Source of the DNA: an uncultured Nannocystaceae bacterium
Lineage (GTDB): Bacteria; Myxococcota_A; Bradymonadia; UBA7976; UBA1532
Length of the DNA stretch: 64,000 bases
Direction: 5' to 3'
Assembly (NCBI GenBank): GCA_964402225.1
Contig: CAYOBQ010000017.1
Location: 10,349-74,348, forward strand
Notes under the pieces: generated by a model
Seen by the model: the letters and a program-made list of their open reading frames with translations, nothing else
Databases searched by the model: none
What the model was told of the DNA's origin: nothing
Made by a program: the position numbers and the translations under genes
Shown here: positions 12,401-20,842 of the stretch, in pieces
Position numbering within the stretch: the first letter of the stretch is position 1
Layout of the letters: every line of letters starts with the position of its first letter

Positions 12401-12735
12401 GCCAGCTCTTGCTCGAAGAGGTCTTCGGCCGGCACGCGGCCTACCTCGACGGCTGGGTAGACCAGGCGCCGCTTGAGACCCTCATCGAGGCGGACGGGGC
12501 CCTCGCCGAGCCCCCCGAGGGCGGGGACGAGTCCATCGATCTCGAGGGGCTGGTGGAGGAACTCCGTGGGCGGGGACTGCGCCTCGAGCACGCGCGAAAG
12601 CCCCACCTGGAGGGGCTGGGGGACGCGATCTTCGACGGACTCGCGGAGTTCCTCGAGGAGACGGCCGCCGAGCAGCGCGTCGTCCGGGTCGATCTCGAGA
12701 AGCGACTCCTGGAGCCCCTCGACCGGCTGACGTGA
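9487..12735 (+). CDS. TPR-repeat protein fused to a dynamin-like GTPase domain and helical stalk
   Basis: ~430 aa of TPR-like helical repeats, acidic/Pro linker, GRAGSGKT (11311-11334), IPTG-TT..LRYG, DAPD, TRAD, long helical C-terminus. Confidence 0.75.
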   Translation: MHAGLDVVRALDGLELPDDSAEFIRDAHAALVAGRARQCVEGLEQLGPEAGGAAAYLLGLAQLARGDLYRAGTAFEHATQADPKLFRARFQLARVCEAREDDQRAAEVLRAALQLQPDEPDAIGALARVYTRMGRLERAEALTRRGLELDAGSPTLLSALADALRAQGRHADAVAALRRALPRAEEEPEVHLGLGRLLLEIGQPDEARPIFEAVLRRNADSTEALAGMARALEREGHLSEAHGYVLRAMAAVPDRAELHLLHARINLATGRFDAAETSAAMAATLEPHNPEALRLAIRAATARRRFPEAAEYAARLLRQAPRDAQAVAAQALHEVLSSQAEAAWARIEPLLSRLDDAPDLQLAAGCALLAVGRAGEATDHFKEVVRLRDGDDLAQRLLGLAYRCEHDPSTNARFAVAHLLNTGEEPDDEDDENTAVLEGEVAMPSRLGESSASDLPRNVTGPIAPLVEAAVKALLAEDQPSPAARPWSDAEAAPVPSVPDDPPSFTPRDAEPTRPDMDVPSLPRGEAAPAPRRRAEDVQARLPIFAPDSQPPGVSLELRSARGALADVSELLHPLRRVLASEPAFSDLVARVEGMIETHDQPLVMAVLGRAGSGKTTFVNALIGQRIIPTGTTVPHRLRYGRRAAGRVLYRDGRAEMVPTEELAELVRRAEAGEVKQVEVLMPVEELTRVSIIDAPDPLAPEVAPLLRNADAVVWLGGVDQGEGAWREAAAWLDENPVAAIAVLTRADLVDADSLERGRLATRSVLGARVRAVVSVSSRRGLEGLRSRDIAALRASGFTRLHRALRSHFFSRAGLIRGDAVARRSDQIRGSARARLEARMARVEARAEAVGALAARVAQDRDRFRHHAAAVALPQLEGALERSLEECAGDLEEIRRENPGSFGRVHLLDALRGRLRRGFGEAVGAVRAGLDAELTGLVDDYFQAFDSIFRAQEDEAQRARIAGLQGIIDSYRQLLLEEVFGRHAAYLDGWVDQAPLETLIEADGALAEPPEGGDESIDLEGLVEELRGRGLRLEHARKPHLEGLGDAIFDGLAEFLEETAAEQRVVRVDLEKRLLEPLDRLT

Positions 12736-13364
12736 CCGACGGCTCCCACCACGACGTCGACGGACAGGGCGCGCTGGTAGAGGCCTGCGTCGCCGGTGAC
12801 GCCGAAGCGCGACGCCGGTTGGTCCTTCGATATCTGCGACCCGTGCGCCAGGCGGTGGGTTTCCTGCCGCAGGTGCGCGACGGGCGCGTCTCCAGCGCCG
12901 ACGCGGAGGACGCAGTCCAGATGGTCTTCATGACGATCTTCGCCCGCGACGCGCGCGTGCTGCGCACGTGGCGCGGGGAGTCCGGGCTGCGCACCTATCT
13001 ATGTCGCGTCGCGCAGCGCGTGGCGCGAAAGCACATTCGGACGGTGACCACCCGGGGCGGTCGTTTTCGGCTCGAGCTCGACGCCGGTGACGAGGTCTGG
13101 GACGAGCCGGTGGACGTCGATCGAGCCGATCCGGAACAGACGCTGCTCGACGAGACCGAGCGCGACCGGCTTCGTGCCGCAGTTCTCGATCGACTCAGTG
13201 AGAAAGGCCGCGACTTCTATCGTCTACTCTTCGTGGAGGAGGCAGACCCCGCGGACGTCGCGGAGCGGCTTGGAACCAACGTGAACAACGTCTACCAGTG
13301 GAAGAACCGAATCGTCCGAACGGCCCGCCTGGTGCTTCAGGAAGAGTCGAACGTCGAGCGGTAA
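12732..13364 (+). CDS. ECF sigma-70 family sigma factor
   Basis: GD.EARRRL, DAEDAVQMVF, LRTYLCRVA (region 2); DVAERLGTNVNNVYQWKNR (region 4 HTH). GTGA overlap. Confidence 0.9.
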   Translation: MTDGSHHDVDGQGALVEACVAGDAEARRRLVLRYLRPVRQAVGFLPQVRDGRVSSADAEDAVQMVFMTIFARDARVLRTWRGESGLRTYLCRVAQRVARKHIRTVTTRGGRFRLELDAGDEVWDEPVDVDRADPEQTLLDETERDRLRAAVLDRLSEKGRDFYRLLFVEEADPADVAERLGTNVNNVYQWKNRIVRTARLVLQEESNVER

Positions 13365-13382
13365 GTAAGAAACGCGTGAGTC

Positions 13383-14426
13383 ATGGGCACTAGAAAGTTG
13401 AACGTGGAAGACGACGACCCCCTCGACTGGAAAGACGCGGCAGAAGCCGAAGCGCTCCTGCTCGCGCTGGCGGGCGGCCTCGACGAGGCAGAGGCGCCGG
13501 CGTGGATCGGGCGCATCGAGGCACGCCTCCTCGCCGGCGTCTTCTCGGGCCCGCCGCCGAGTGAGCTGCTGCGCGCCCTCGCCGACGCGGAGGAAGAGAC
13601 GCCGGGTGGGCGGTGGCTGTTTGCCAGGCGCCTCGACGCCGACGCCGACGCGGTGCCGGTCATCGACGCGGCGCGCGCCTGGGCCATCGATGGCGGACGC
13701 GCGGCCTTCGCCATCGACTTCGGGGTGATCGAGGAGCGATCGGTCTTCGGGCCGGCCCTCGAGGCGGCTGCGCGGGTCGAGCGCGACTCCGACGCCCCCG
13801 GCATCTGGGTCGATGCCGCGGTCCGCGACGCGGTGGCCGAGCCCGCCCGGGCCGAGGGCGAGGGCTACTGTCTGGTGGGGCGCGCGCCCGCGCCCAAACC
13901 GCGCGGCAAGTGGTCGGCGTTTGCGTCCGGCTTCGCGGTCGCCGCGGCGATCACGCTCGGGCTCGTCCTCCCAGACTGGCGCACGACCTCGAACCCCCTG
14001 GGGGCGCACATCTACGTCTCCGGCGAAGCGCGCACCCGCGGCGGCGAGGGGCAGTACCGGGCCAACGACGTCCTGCACGTCATGCTCGAGGGCGCCCCAG
14101 GGACGCACGGCACCATCTTCTTGCTCGACAGCGGCGACCGGCTTGGGCTGCCCTCGTTGCGGCTGGTCGACGCCCCCTTCACCGAGCACACGCCGCGCCA
14201 CCGGGACCACCTGAGCCTCGACGACGAGCCTGGCCTGGAGCGCTTTGTCGCGGTCGTCGCCCCGGCCCCTTTGGGGGCGTCGCGGGTGCGCCGCATGGTC
14301 ACGCGCGCCAATGAAGCCACGGGCCGAGAGGCTCGACTCGCGGCCCTGCGCGCGCAGCTCACAGACGCCGTGGGCGAGGGGCGCTTCGCCTTCGTCGAAG
14401 CGCAGGAGATTCAGCACATCAAATGA
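13383..14426 (+). CDS. Putative anti-sigma/membrane sensor: degenerate class III cyclase-like domain, TM, DUF4384-like extracytoplasmic domain
   Basis: Directly follows the ECF gene; FAIDFG....VFGPALEAAARVE....PGIWVDAAV; TM FAVAAAITLGLVL; YRANDVLHVML...IFLLDS...LDDEPGLERFVAVV. Confidence 0.6.
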   Translation: MGTRKLNVEDDDPLDWKDAAEAEALLLALAGGLDEAEAPAWIGRIEARLLAGVFSGPPPSELLRALADAEEETPGGRWLFARRLDADADAVPVIDAARAWAIDGGRAAFAIDFGVIEERSVFGPALEAAARVERDSDAPGIWVDAAVRDAVAEPARAEGEGYCLVGRAPAPKPRGKWSAFASGFAVAAAITLGLVLPDWRTTSNPLGAHIYVSGEARTRGGEGQYRANDVLHVMLEGAPGTHGTIFLLDSGDRLGLPSLRLVDAPFTEHTPRHRDHLSLDDEPGLERFVAVVAPAPLGASRVRRMVTRANEATGREARLAALRAQLTDAVGEGRFAFVEAQEIQHIK

Positions 14427-16852
14427 GGCCCTTCGCCGTCACCGCGATGCTCCTTCTCGGTTGTGCCGACGCCGATCCCTACAGCGAAGGGCAGGCGGCG
14501 TACGCCCGCGCGGACTACGCCGCGGCGCGGGTGGCCTACGAGCACGCGCTGGCCTCGGGGGATACCCCGCGGGCGCAGGTCGAGGCTCGGTTGGGGCTGA
14601 CGCTTCGCAAGCTCGGTGAGAACGACGCCGCGCGCCGCGTATTGGTGGCCGCCGTCGCGGGCGCCGAGGCTAGCGGAGACGCACACCTGGCGGCGGTGGC
14701 CCGGCGCTACCTCGGGCGCGTCCACGCAGACACCGGGCGCTACGACGAGGCGATGGCGGCCTACGACGCGGCGCTCCTGCATCACCGAACGCATGGTCCC
14801 GAGGGCGACGTGCTCAAGGTGCAGATCCAGCGAGCGGGGGTCGCCTGGGAGCGGTTCGACTTCGACACCGCCTCCGACGCCTACCAGGACGTCCATGGTC
14901 GGGCCGTGGTGTCGGGTCGGCGCGATCTCGAGGCTTCGGCCCTCGAGGGGATGTCGATGCTCCTCGGCTACGTCGGCGACTTCGGCGCGGCCCGCCGGTT
15001 GCTGGGGCAGGCCGCGCGTTTGCACCAGGAGCAGGGTCGCGAGAACCAGCTCCTGGCGACGACGCTCCAACGAGCGATCGTCGCCCAGGTCGGTGGTGAC
15101 GACGTGGCGGCGCTGGCGCTGGGGCGTGAGGCCCTGGAGCGGGCGCGCGCCCAGGGCGTGCCCATCTTCGAGGCGCAGGCGCTCGTCGTGTTGGCGGACG
15201 CCAGCCTCGACGCGAGCGCCCTCGAGGAGGGCCTGGGCTATGCGCGGTCCGCGCGAAAGATCGCCGCGGCCTCGGGGCTCGCGCCGCTGGTCCGATTCGC
15301 GCGCGTCGCGGAGGCGCGCGCCACGACTGCCCTCACCCGATGGGACGAGGCCGAGCCGCTGCTGGCCGCGCTGCGCCTGGACGAGCGGTCGGATACACGG
15401 GCCCTCGCCGAGAGCCTCTCGGCGCGGATGGCCGACGCGCGGGGGGACACCGCCGGGGCGCTGCGTCACCTGCGCGCCGCGGTGGCCAACTACGAGCAGC
15501 TCCGCGGCGAGCTCGGGGCCGAGCGGCTCTCCCGCTTCTTCAACTCCGAGCGAACGCGTGCATACGAGCGCCTCGTCGAGTCCGCCGCCGACACCGGCAC
15601 GGTCCACGAAGCGATGTACACGGTGGCTCGGATCAAGGCGCGCGCCTTGTCGGACACCCTGCGGGCGACCCCCGCGGAGGGGGAGCGACGCCGATGGCGA
15701 CGGGGGGCGAACCTCACGAAGGTGCTCTCGAAGATGGCGCCGGTCCCGCCCATCGAGTCGGCCTTGTCAGAGCTGCCGCGCGCGCTCACGGTGGTCGAGT
15801 ACTACGTGCTTCCCCGCCGGCTGCTGGTCTTCACGGTTCAGGGGGGCCGAGCGCGGGTGAAGTCGGTGCCCATCGGGCGCTTGGAGCTGGCGGGTCGGGT
15901 CGAGGCGCTGCTGGCGGCCATGACGAGCGGGGCGTTGAATTGGGAGGCCGAGGCGGCGTGGCTCGCCGAGCGACTTCTCGATCCCGTGGACGACGTGCTG
16001 CGGGCGGCGACGGGGCCCATCACCTTCATCCCCCACGGGGCGTTGCATCAGGTGCCGTTCGCCGCGCTCCCCTGGGCAGAGCGTCTGCTGGTGGACGCCA
16101 ACGCGACGTTCTCGGCGCCGAGCCTCGCCGCCCTCCACGCGATCCTGCGCCGGCCCAAGGTCGGCGCTCCGACCGCCGCGCTCGCGGTGGGCGATCCGAG
16201 GGCCGACCTGCCCGGCGCCCGCGCCGAGGTACAGGCGATGGCCGCTGGCGGCGCGTCGCCCCGCACGGATGTTCTCATCGGCGGGGCGGCGACGGAGTCC
16301 GCTGTGCGTCGCGGTCTGGTGGAGACGTCGCTTGCCCACTTCGCGGTTCACGGCGTCCGCACGAGCCCCGAGCGCCCCGCCCACCTCGCGCTCCTCGAGG
16401 ACAGCAAACACGACGGGCGCCTGCACGCCGACGAGATCGCGGCGCTGGACATCGATGCCGGTCTGGTCGTGCTTTCGGTGTGCGACTCGGCGCGGGGTCG
16501 GGCCAACCGGGGTGACGAGGTCATCGGCGTCGTCGACCGGGCTTTCTTGGAGGCCGGCGCACGGTCGGTTCTCGCCAGCCGCTGGCCTGTCCACGACGCC
16601 GCGAGCGTGCTCTTCATGCGGCGCTTCTACGCCGAGCTGCCCGCTCGGGGCGCGCTGGGCGCCTTCCACGCGGCCCAGCGCGCGCTCCGGAACGGCGAGA
16701 TGCAGCCCTCGGATCTGGGCCAGCCGTTGCTCGCGCAGCTCGGCGAGCCAAGGGTCGCGAGCTTCCGTGGCGTGCGGGGCGCCGCACGACCCCTCGATCT
16801 GCGCCACCCCTATTTTTGGGCGGCGTTCACCCTCCGAGGCGACTTCCGCTGA
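14423..16852 (+). CDS. Lipoprotein TPR-CHAT (caspase-like, CD clan) protease
   Basis: Lipobox LLLGC; TPR repeats; FIPHGALHQVPFAAL, HFAVHG (His), LVVLSVCDS (Cys), SRWPVHD, FMRRFY, HPYFWAAF. Confidence 0.92.
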   Translation: MRPFAVTAMLLLGCADADPYSEGQAAYARADYAAARVAYEHALASGDTPRAQVEARLGLTLRKLGENDAARRVLVAAVAGAEASGDAHLAAVARRYLGRVHADTGRYDEAMAAYDAALLHHRTHGPEGDVLKVQIQRAGVAWERFDFDTASDAYQDVHGRAVVSGRRDLEASALEGMSMLLGYVGDFGAARRLLGQAARLHQEQGRENQLLATTLQRAIVAQVGGDDVAALALGREALERARAQGVPIFEAQALVVLADASLDASALEEGLGYARSARKIAAASGLAPLVRFARVAEARATTALTRWDEAEPLLAALRLDERSDTRALAESLSARMADARGDTAGALRHLRAAVANYEQLRGELGAERLSRFFNSERTRAYERLVESAADTGTVHEAMYTVARIKARALSDTLRATPAEGERRRWRRGANLTKVLSKMAPVPPIESALSELPRALTVVEYYVLPRRLLVFTVQGGRARVKSVPIGRLELAGRVEALLAAMTSGALNWEAEAAWLAERLLDPVDDVLRAATGPITFIPHGALHQVPFAALPWAERLLVDANATFSAPSLAALHAILRRPKVGAPTAALAVGDPRADLPGARAEVQAMAAGGASPRTDVLIGGAATESAVRRGLVETSLAHFAVHGVRTSPERPAHLALLEDSKHDGRLHADEIAALDIDAGLVVLSVCDSARGRANRGDEVIGVVDRAFLEAGARSVLASRWPVHDAASVLFMRRFYAELPARGALGAFHAAQRALRNGEMQPSDLGQPLLAQLGEPRVASFRGVRGAARPLDLRHPYFWAAFTLRGDFR

Positions 16853-16925
16853 CCGATCTGTCCCTTCGCAAGGGCGGCGCGGCGGCGTAGTCTAGCGCCG
16901 CGTTGGCTGAAGACGAGGGATCTCG

Positions 16926-17582
16926 ATGCGTGCGTTGCTTCTCCTAGGGTTGGTGCTGTGGACCGTGGCCGGTTGCGAGAAGGGCGACGGCAACAAGATC
17001 AATGATCCCAAAAAGTGGGTGACGGCGGCGAAGTGCAAGACCGACAAGGACTGCGCGAAGGGCTTCGTCTGCAATGGTGAGGCGGGGAAGAAGACCTGCC
17101 AGAAGGGCGAGCGCACGGCGGCGGAGAAGGCGGCCATGAAGAAGGCGGAGAGCGAGGCGCGGAAGAAGAAGCAAGAGGCCGCGCGCACCCCGGACGCTGG
17201 CGAAGGGCGCCTCTACGTGCGGATCTGCCCGTTCTTCAAGAACACGCCGGAGTCCATCGGGACGATCGTCGCGGTCAACCAGGCGACGAAGAAGAAGCAC
17301 CAGCTCCACCTGGCCCTCGAGACGCCCGACCAGGGCTACCGCGACCAGTTCTTCTACCGGTCGTTGCCCCTCGGAAAATACGACGTGACGGCGACCTACG
17401 GGATCCAGAAGGGTGGCAAGCCCCACGTCGCTCAGTTGAAGTGCGATCCCAAAAGCAAGCTGGCGTGCCGAGACGAGCTGGTCCGCGAGATCAACGTCGT
17501 CCTACCCAAAGACGAGGTTCCGCTAGCGAAGGACGACAAGGGCAAGGAGAAGAAGCGCCTCTGCGACTTCATCGCGGAGTAG
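16926..17582 (+). CDS. Lys-rich, Cys-rich hypothetical lipoprotein
   Basis: Lipobox VAGC; CKTDKDCAKGFVC...C motif; good codon bias. Confidence 0.7.
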   Translation: MRALLLLGLVLWTVAGCEKGDGNKINDPKKWVTAAKCKTDKDCAKGFVCNGEAGKKTCQKGERTAAEKAAMKKAESEARKKKQEAARTPDAGEGRLYVRICPFFKNTPESIGTIVAVNQATKKKHQLHLALETPDQGYRDQFFYRSLPLGKYDVTATYGIQKGGKPHVAQLKCDPKSKLACRDELVREINVVLPKDEVPLAKDDKGKEKKRLCDFIAE

Positions 17583-17600
17583 CGGGCGGCCGAGACGCCT

Positions 17601-18935
17601 CTACCGCTCTTCGTCGGCCGTTGGGTGGTCCAGGAAGCTCGCGATGTCGCGCCCGAGCGCGAGCTTCTCTTGGGCCTCGACCGCCTCAAGGTGTTGCTCG
17701 AGCGTCTGGGCGGCGTCGCCAGCGGGGAGCTCGCCGATTCGGTAGCCGGTGCCTTCGGCGAGGGCGTAGAGATCGGTGACGAGGATGCGATCGAGGGGGC
17801 GGGCCGGGACGACCTCGTAGGTGGAGCCCTGCCGGTCGACCTGGAGGGTGAGCTGGCCGCGGTCGAGCAGGTTGAGGGCCGGGAGGACCTCCTCCACGGG
17901 GATCTGGAGGGTGCCGGCGACCTGTTCGGGCCCCACGCCGCCGCCTTGCTCACGGAAGTGGCGGGCCACCTCGAAGAAGACGCGGGTCACCAGGTAGCCG
18001 GTGGGCGCCTCGGGCAACCCGGCTCGCCGGCCCCGGCGCTGCAGGAGGGCGCGGGAGAGGTCGTGGCGGTGCTGGACCATGTAGGCCAGCTCCACGCCGC
18101 CGAGGACGATGATCCAGCTCAGGTAGACCCAGAGGAAGAAGATGGGGATGAGGGCTAGAGAGCCGTAGATCTGAGCGGAGACGGAGGCCTTGTAGATGAC
18201 CGTGATGTAGTAGTTGAAGCCGGCCTTCGAGAGGTTGAAGGCGATGGCGGCGAGGACCGCGCCGACGAGGGCCGAGCGCCAACGCACCGCGGTGTGGGGC
18301 ATCAGCTTGTACATCAGGCTGAGGGCGATGACCTCCAACGCCCAGGGCAGGACCGTCGCGCCGAGGGCCAGCCCGAAGGGGACCGCCGCGAGGCCACTTT
18401 GCATCCAGCGGCTCGCGACCACACCCAGCCCCACGAGCGCTGGCGTGAGCGTGATGACGGCGTAGAAGGCAGTGAGCCGTCGGTGGAGGGGGCGGGTCGT
18501 CGGCACTCGCCAGATGCGGTTGAAGGCCTTCTCGACGGAGAGGAAGAGGGACACCGAGGTGATCAGAAGCACCGTGAACCCGACCACGCCGACGGCGCTG
18601 CCCTGGGCCCGGGCCAAGAGCTCCTCGAGCACCGTGACCACGTCGGAGACGCTGTCGGCCAGGAAGGTGGACAACAGCCAGTTGCGGGCCTTCGCGGCCA
18701 CCTCTTCGCTTGGCACCACGGCCTTGAAGAGCGCGAAGGAGACAGCCAGGACGGGGACCAGCGAGACGATGGTCGTAAACGCCAACGCCGCCGACGTCTG
18801 CAACGCGCGATCGACGACCAGGTGGTCCCAGATGTCGAGCAACCCCTGCAGCACGCCGGTGATCCGGGCGAGCGTGGGGGACCCTTCGGCCTCCGCGCGC
18901 TCGTGCCAATGGTCGAGTTGCCTACGAAACCACAC
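17601..18935 (-). CDS. yihY: YihY/BrkB family inner membrane protein with C-terminal winged-helix-like domain
   Basis: SAALAFTTIVSLVP, KAFNRIW, YK.MP, IYGSLALIPIFFLWVYLSWIIVLGG. Confidence 0.9.
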   Translation of the reverse strand: MWFRRQLDHWHERAEAEGSPTLARITGVLQGLLDIWDHLVVDRALQTSAALAFTTIVSLVPVLAVSFALFKAVVPSEEVAAKARNWLLSTFLADSVSDVVTVLEELLARAQGSAVGVVGFTVLLITSVSLFLSVEKAFNRIWRVPTTRPLHRRLTAFYAVITLTPALVGLGVVASRWMQSGLAAVPFGLALGATVLPWALEVIALSLMYKLMPHTAVRWRSALVGAVLAAIAFNLSKAGFNYYITVIYKASVSAQIYGSLALIPIFFLWVYLSWIIVLGGVELAYMVQHRHDLSRALLQRRGRRAGLPEAPTGYLVTRVFFEVARHFREQGGGVGPEQVAGTLQIPVEEVLPALNLLDRGQLTLQVDRQGSTYEVVPARPLDRILVTDLYALAEGTGYRIGELPAGDAAQTLEQHLEAVEAQEKLALGRDIASFLDHPTADEER

Positions 18936-18946
18936 GGTTCAGCATT

Positions 18947-20827
18947 TCACGCGAGCCGCAGTGAGGGGAGGACAATGGTGGCCACGACGCCGTCGGCGGC
19001 CGACGCAATCTCGAGCCGTCCGCCGTGCTGACGGGCGACGCGCTCGGCGGTGGCCGCGCGGAGGCCCCTCGGATCGCTCCAAGGGCGATCCGTGGCAGGG
19101 GCCCGTGGTGGGCCGGAGTCGCCGACGGAGAGCAGGACGGATCCATCGACGGCGTGGGCCCGAAAGGCAATCTGGCGGGGGCCGGGCCACTTCGCGAGGG
19201 CGACCAGGGCGTTGCCAGCCAGCAGGCGCAAGGCGAGTCGCAGGTGATCGGCGTCGCCCTCGATCCGCAGCTCCTCGCTGTCGACCTGTAGCGCGACGAG
19301 GTGGATCTCCGCCTCGGGGAGGAGCAGGTCGGCGGTCTCTTCGAGCCAGGCAGAGACGTCGAAGACGGCGCGCTCGCCGGGGGCCTCGGCGACGACGAGA
19401 TCGGTGGTCAGGGCCTCCAGCTCGGGGAGCAGATCCGCCGCCTCCGCGTCGGTGGCGGCGCGCGTGCGGAGGTGGCGCAACGCCGGGCGCAGGCGTCGGG
19501 CGAGATCGCGGGCGGCGGTGGCGAGGGTGAGCACTCGGCCCGCGTCGACCAGCGCCCGTTCGGCGCGCAGGTGCGCGGTCTGGCGGTCGAGCCACCACAG
19601 CGGGTCGACGAGGTCTCCGAGTCGCTCGCCCAGTCGCGCCAGGGCGCGGTATGCGCCAGGGTCGATCGGGCGCCCGTCGGTGCGCGGGCCGATCTGCAGA
19701 AGCCCCGCGAGGGCGGGCCCGGCGCGGCAGGGCACCAGCAGCGCGGTGCCCTCAGGCGTCGCCGTGAGCAGGCCCTCCTCCGCCACGTCGAGGGGCTCGG
19801 CGCGCAGATCATCCACGAAGACCGGCGCGCCGAAGGCGCCCGCGTAGGCCAGCAGGCGGCCTTGGGCGCGAAGCCGAATCGGAGGATCGGCCCCCGCCTC
19901 GGAGAACGGCCGCAGCAGCCCGCCGCCTTCGTGGAGCAGGTAGCGGGCGCCGTGCAGGCCCAGGATCCCTCGAAGCTGTCCGCACAGTCGACCCAGCGCG
20001 TGGGCGAGGTGCTCGGCGCGCCGAATCTCGTCGGCGAGCCCCTCGACGCGGGTGAGGTCGTGGGCCCTCGATCCGCGAACCGAGGCCCGCACGACCCACC
20101 AGGCCGCAGCCGCGAGGGTGCCGGCGGTGGCCAGCAGCCAGGGGTCGGGCGCCGCGGCGCGGAGCCAGACCAACGCCGCTACCCAGGGCGCCGCGAGCAT
20201 GAGATCGAGGGCGGCCCCCGAGATGATGGCGTCGGCGTCGAGCAAGCGGTACTTGGCGATGGAGGCCGTGACCGCCGCCGGCACGGCCATCCCGACGAGC
20301 GCGCGCGCGCCAACGGGTAGCCCGGGCAGCGCCGCGACGAGGCCGACCGTCAGCCCCGCGGCGAGCCAGGTGGCCTGACGTCGCAGCGTGAAGCTGGCGG
20401 ACCGCGCGCGGCCCACCAGCGCGATCCCCGCCGCCGCGGCGAGGGGGAGCGGCTCGGCGATGGCCGGCGCGACGAGCCAGCCGGCGACGGGCAAGAGGTA
20501 CCCGAGGAGCGCGAGCCGATGGCGCGGGGCCCCGACGAAGTGCAGCAGGGCTGCGCCGCCGAAGGCTCGAATGGCGAAGGCTCGGGGCAGCACCCCCTCG
20601 AGGAGCCACCCCGTGCCCAGGAGCCAGAGGGCGGCTGTGGCGAGCTCAGCGTGGGGGGTCCGCGCGAAGCGCAGCGCACAGACCAGCGCGCAGCCCAGCC
20701 AGCAGAGGCCGGCGATGAACGGGGTGGCGACGCTGGCGACGGTGGCGTCGGTCGCGCCGCTCAACAGGGCGGTGAAGACCCCCAGGGAGGTGGCGACCAG
20801 CAGGAACGGGACGGCGCGCAGGAGCAC
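18947..20827 (-). CDS. Multi-TM, GAF, degenerate histidine-kinase-like protein
   Basis: 6-7 TMs, GAF-like LLVPC.....GLLQIGPR.DG, HATPase remnants LAGNAL / VGDSG / QHGGRLEI; no H-box His found. Confidence 0.6.
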   Translation of the reverse strand: MLLRAVPFLLVATSLGVFTALLSGATDATVASVATPFIAGLCWLGCALVCALRFARTPHAELATAALWLLGTGWLLEGVLPRAFAIRAFGGAALLHFVGAPRHRLALLGYLLPVAGWLVAPAIAEPLPLAAAAGIALVGRARSASFTLRRQATWLAAGLTVGLVAALPGLPVGARALVGMAVPAAVTASIAKYRLLDADAIISGAALDLMLAAPWVAALVWLRAAAPDPWLLATAGTLAAAAWWVVRASVRGSRAHDLTRVEGLADEIRRAEHLAHALGRLCGQLRGILGLHGARYLLHEGGGLLRPFSEAGADPPIRLRAQGRLLAYAGAFGAPVFVDDLRAEPLDVAEEGLLTATPEGTALLVPCRAGPALAGLLQIGPRTDGRPIDPGAYRALARLGERLGDLVDPLWWLDRQTAHLRAERALVDAGRVLTLATAARDLARRLRPALRHLRTRAATDAEAADLLPELEALTTDLVVAEAPGERAVFDVSAWLEETADLLLPEAEIHLVALQVDSEELRIEGDADHLRLALRLLAGNALVALAKWPGPRQIAFRAHAVDGSVLLSVGDSGPPRAPATDRPWSDPRGLRAATAERVARQHGGRLEIASAADGVVATIVLPSLRLA

Positions 20828-20842
20828 CGAGGTAGCTTGTCC

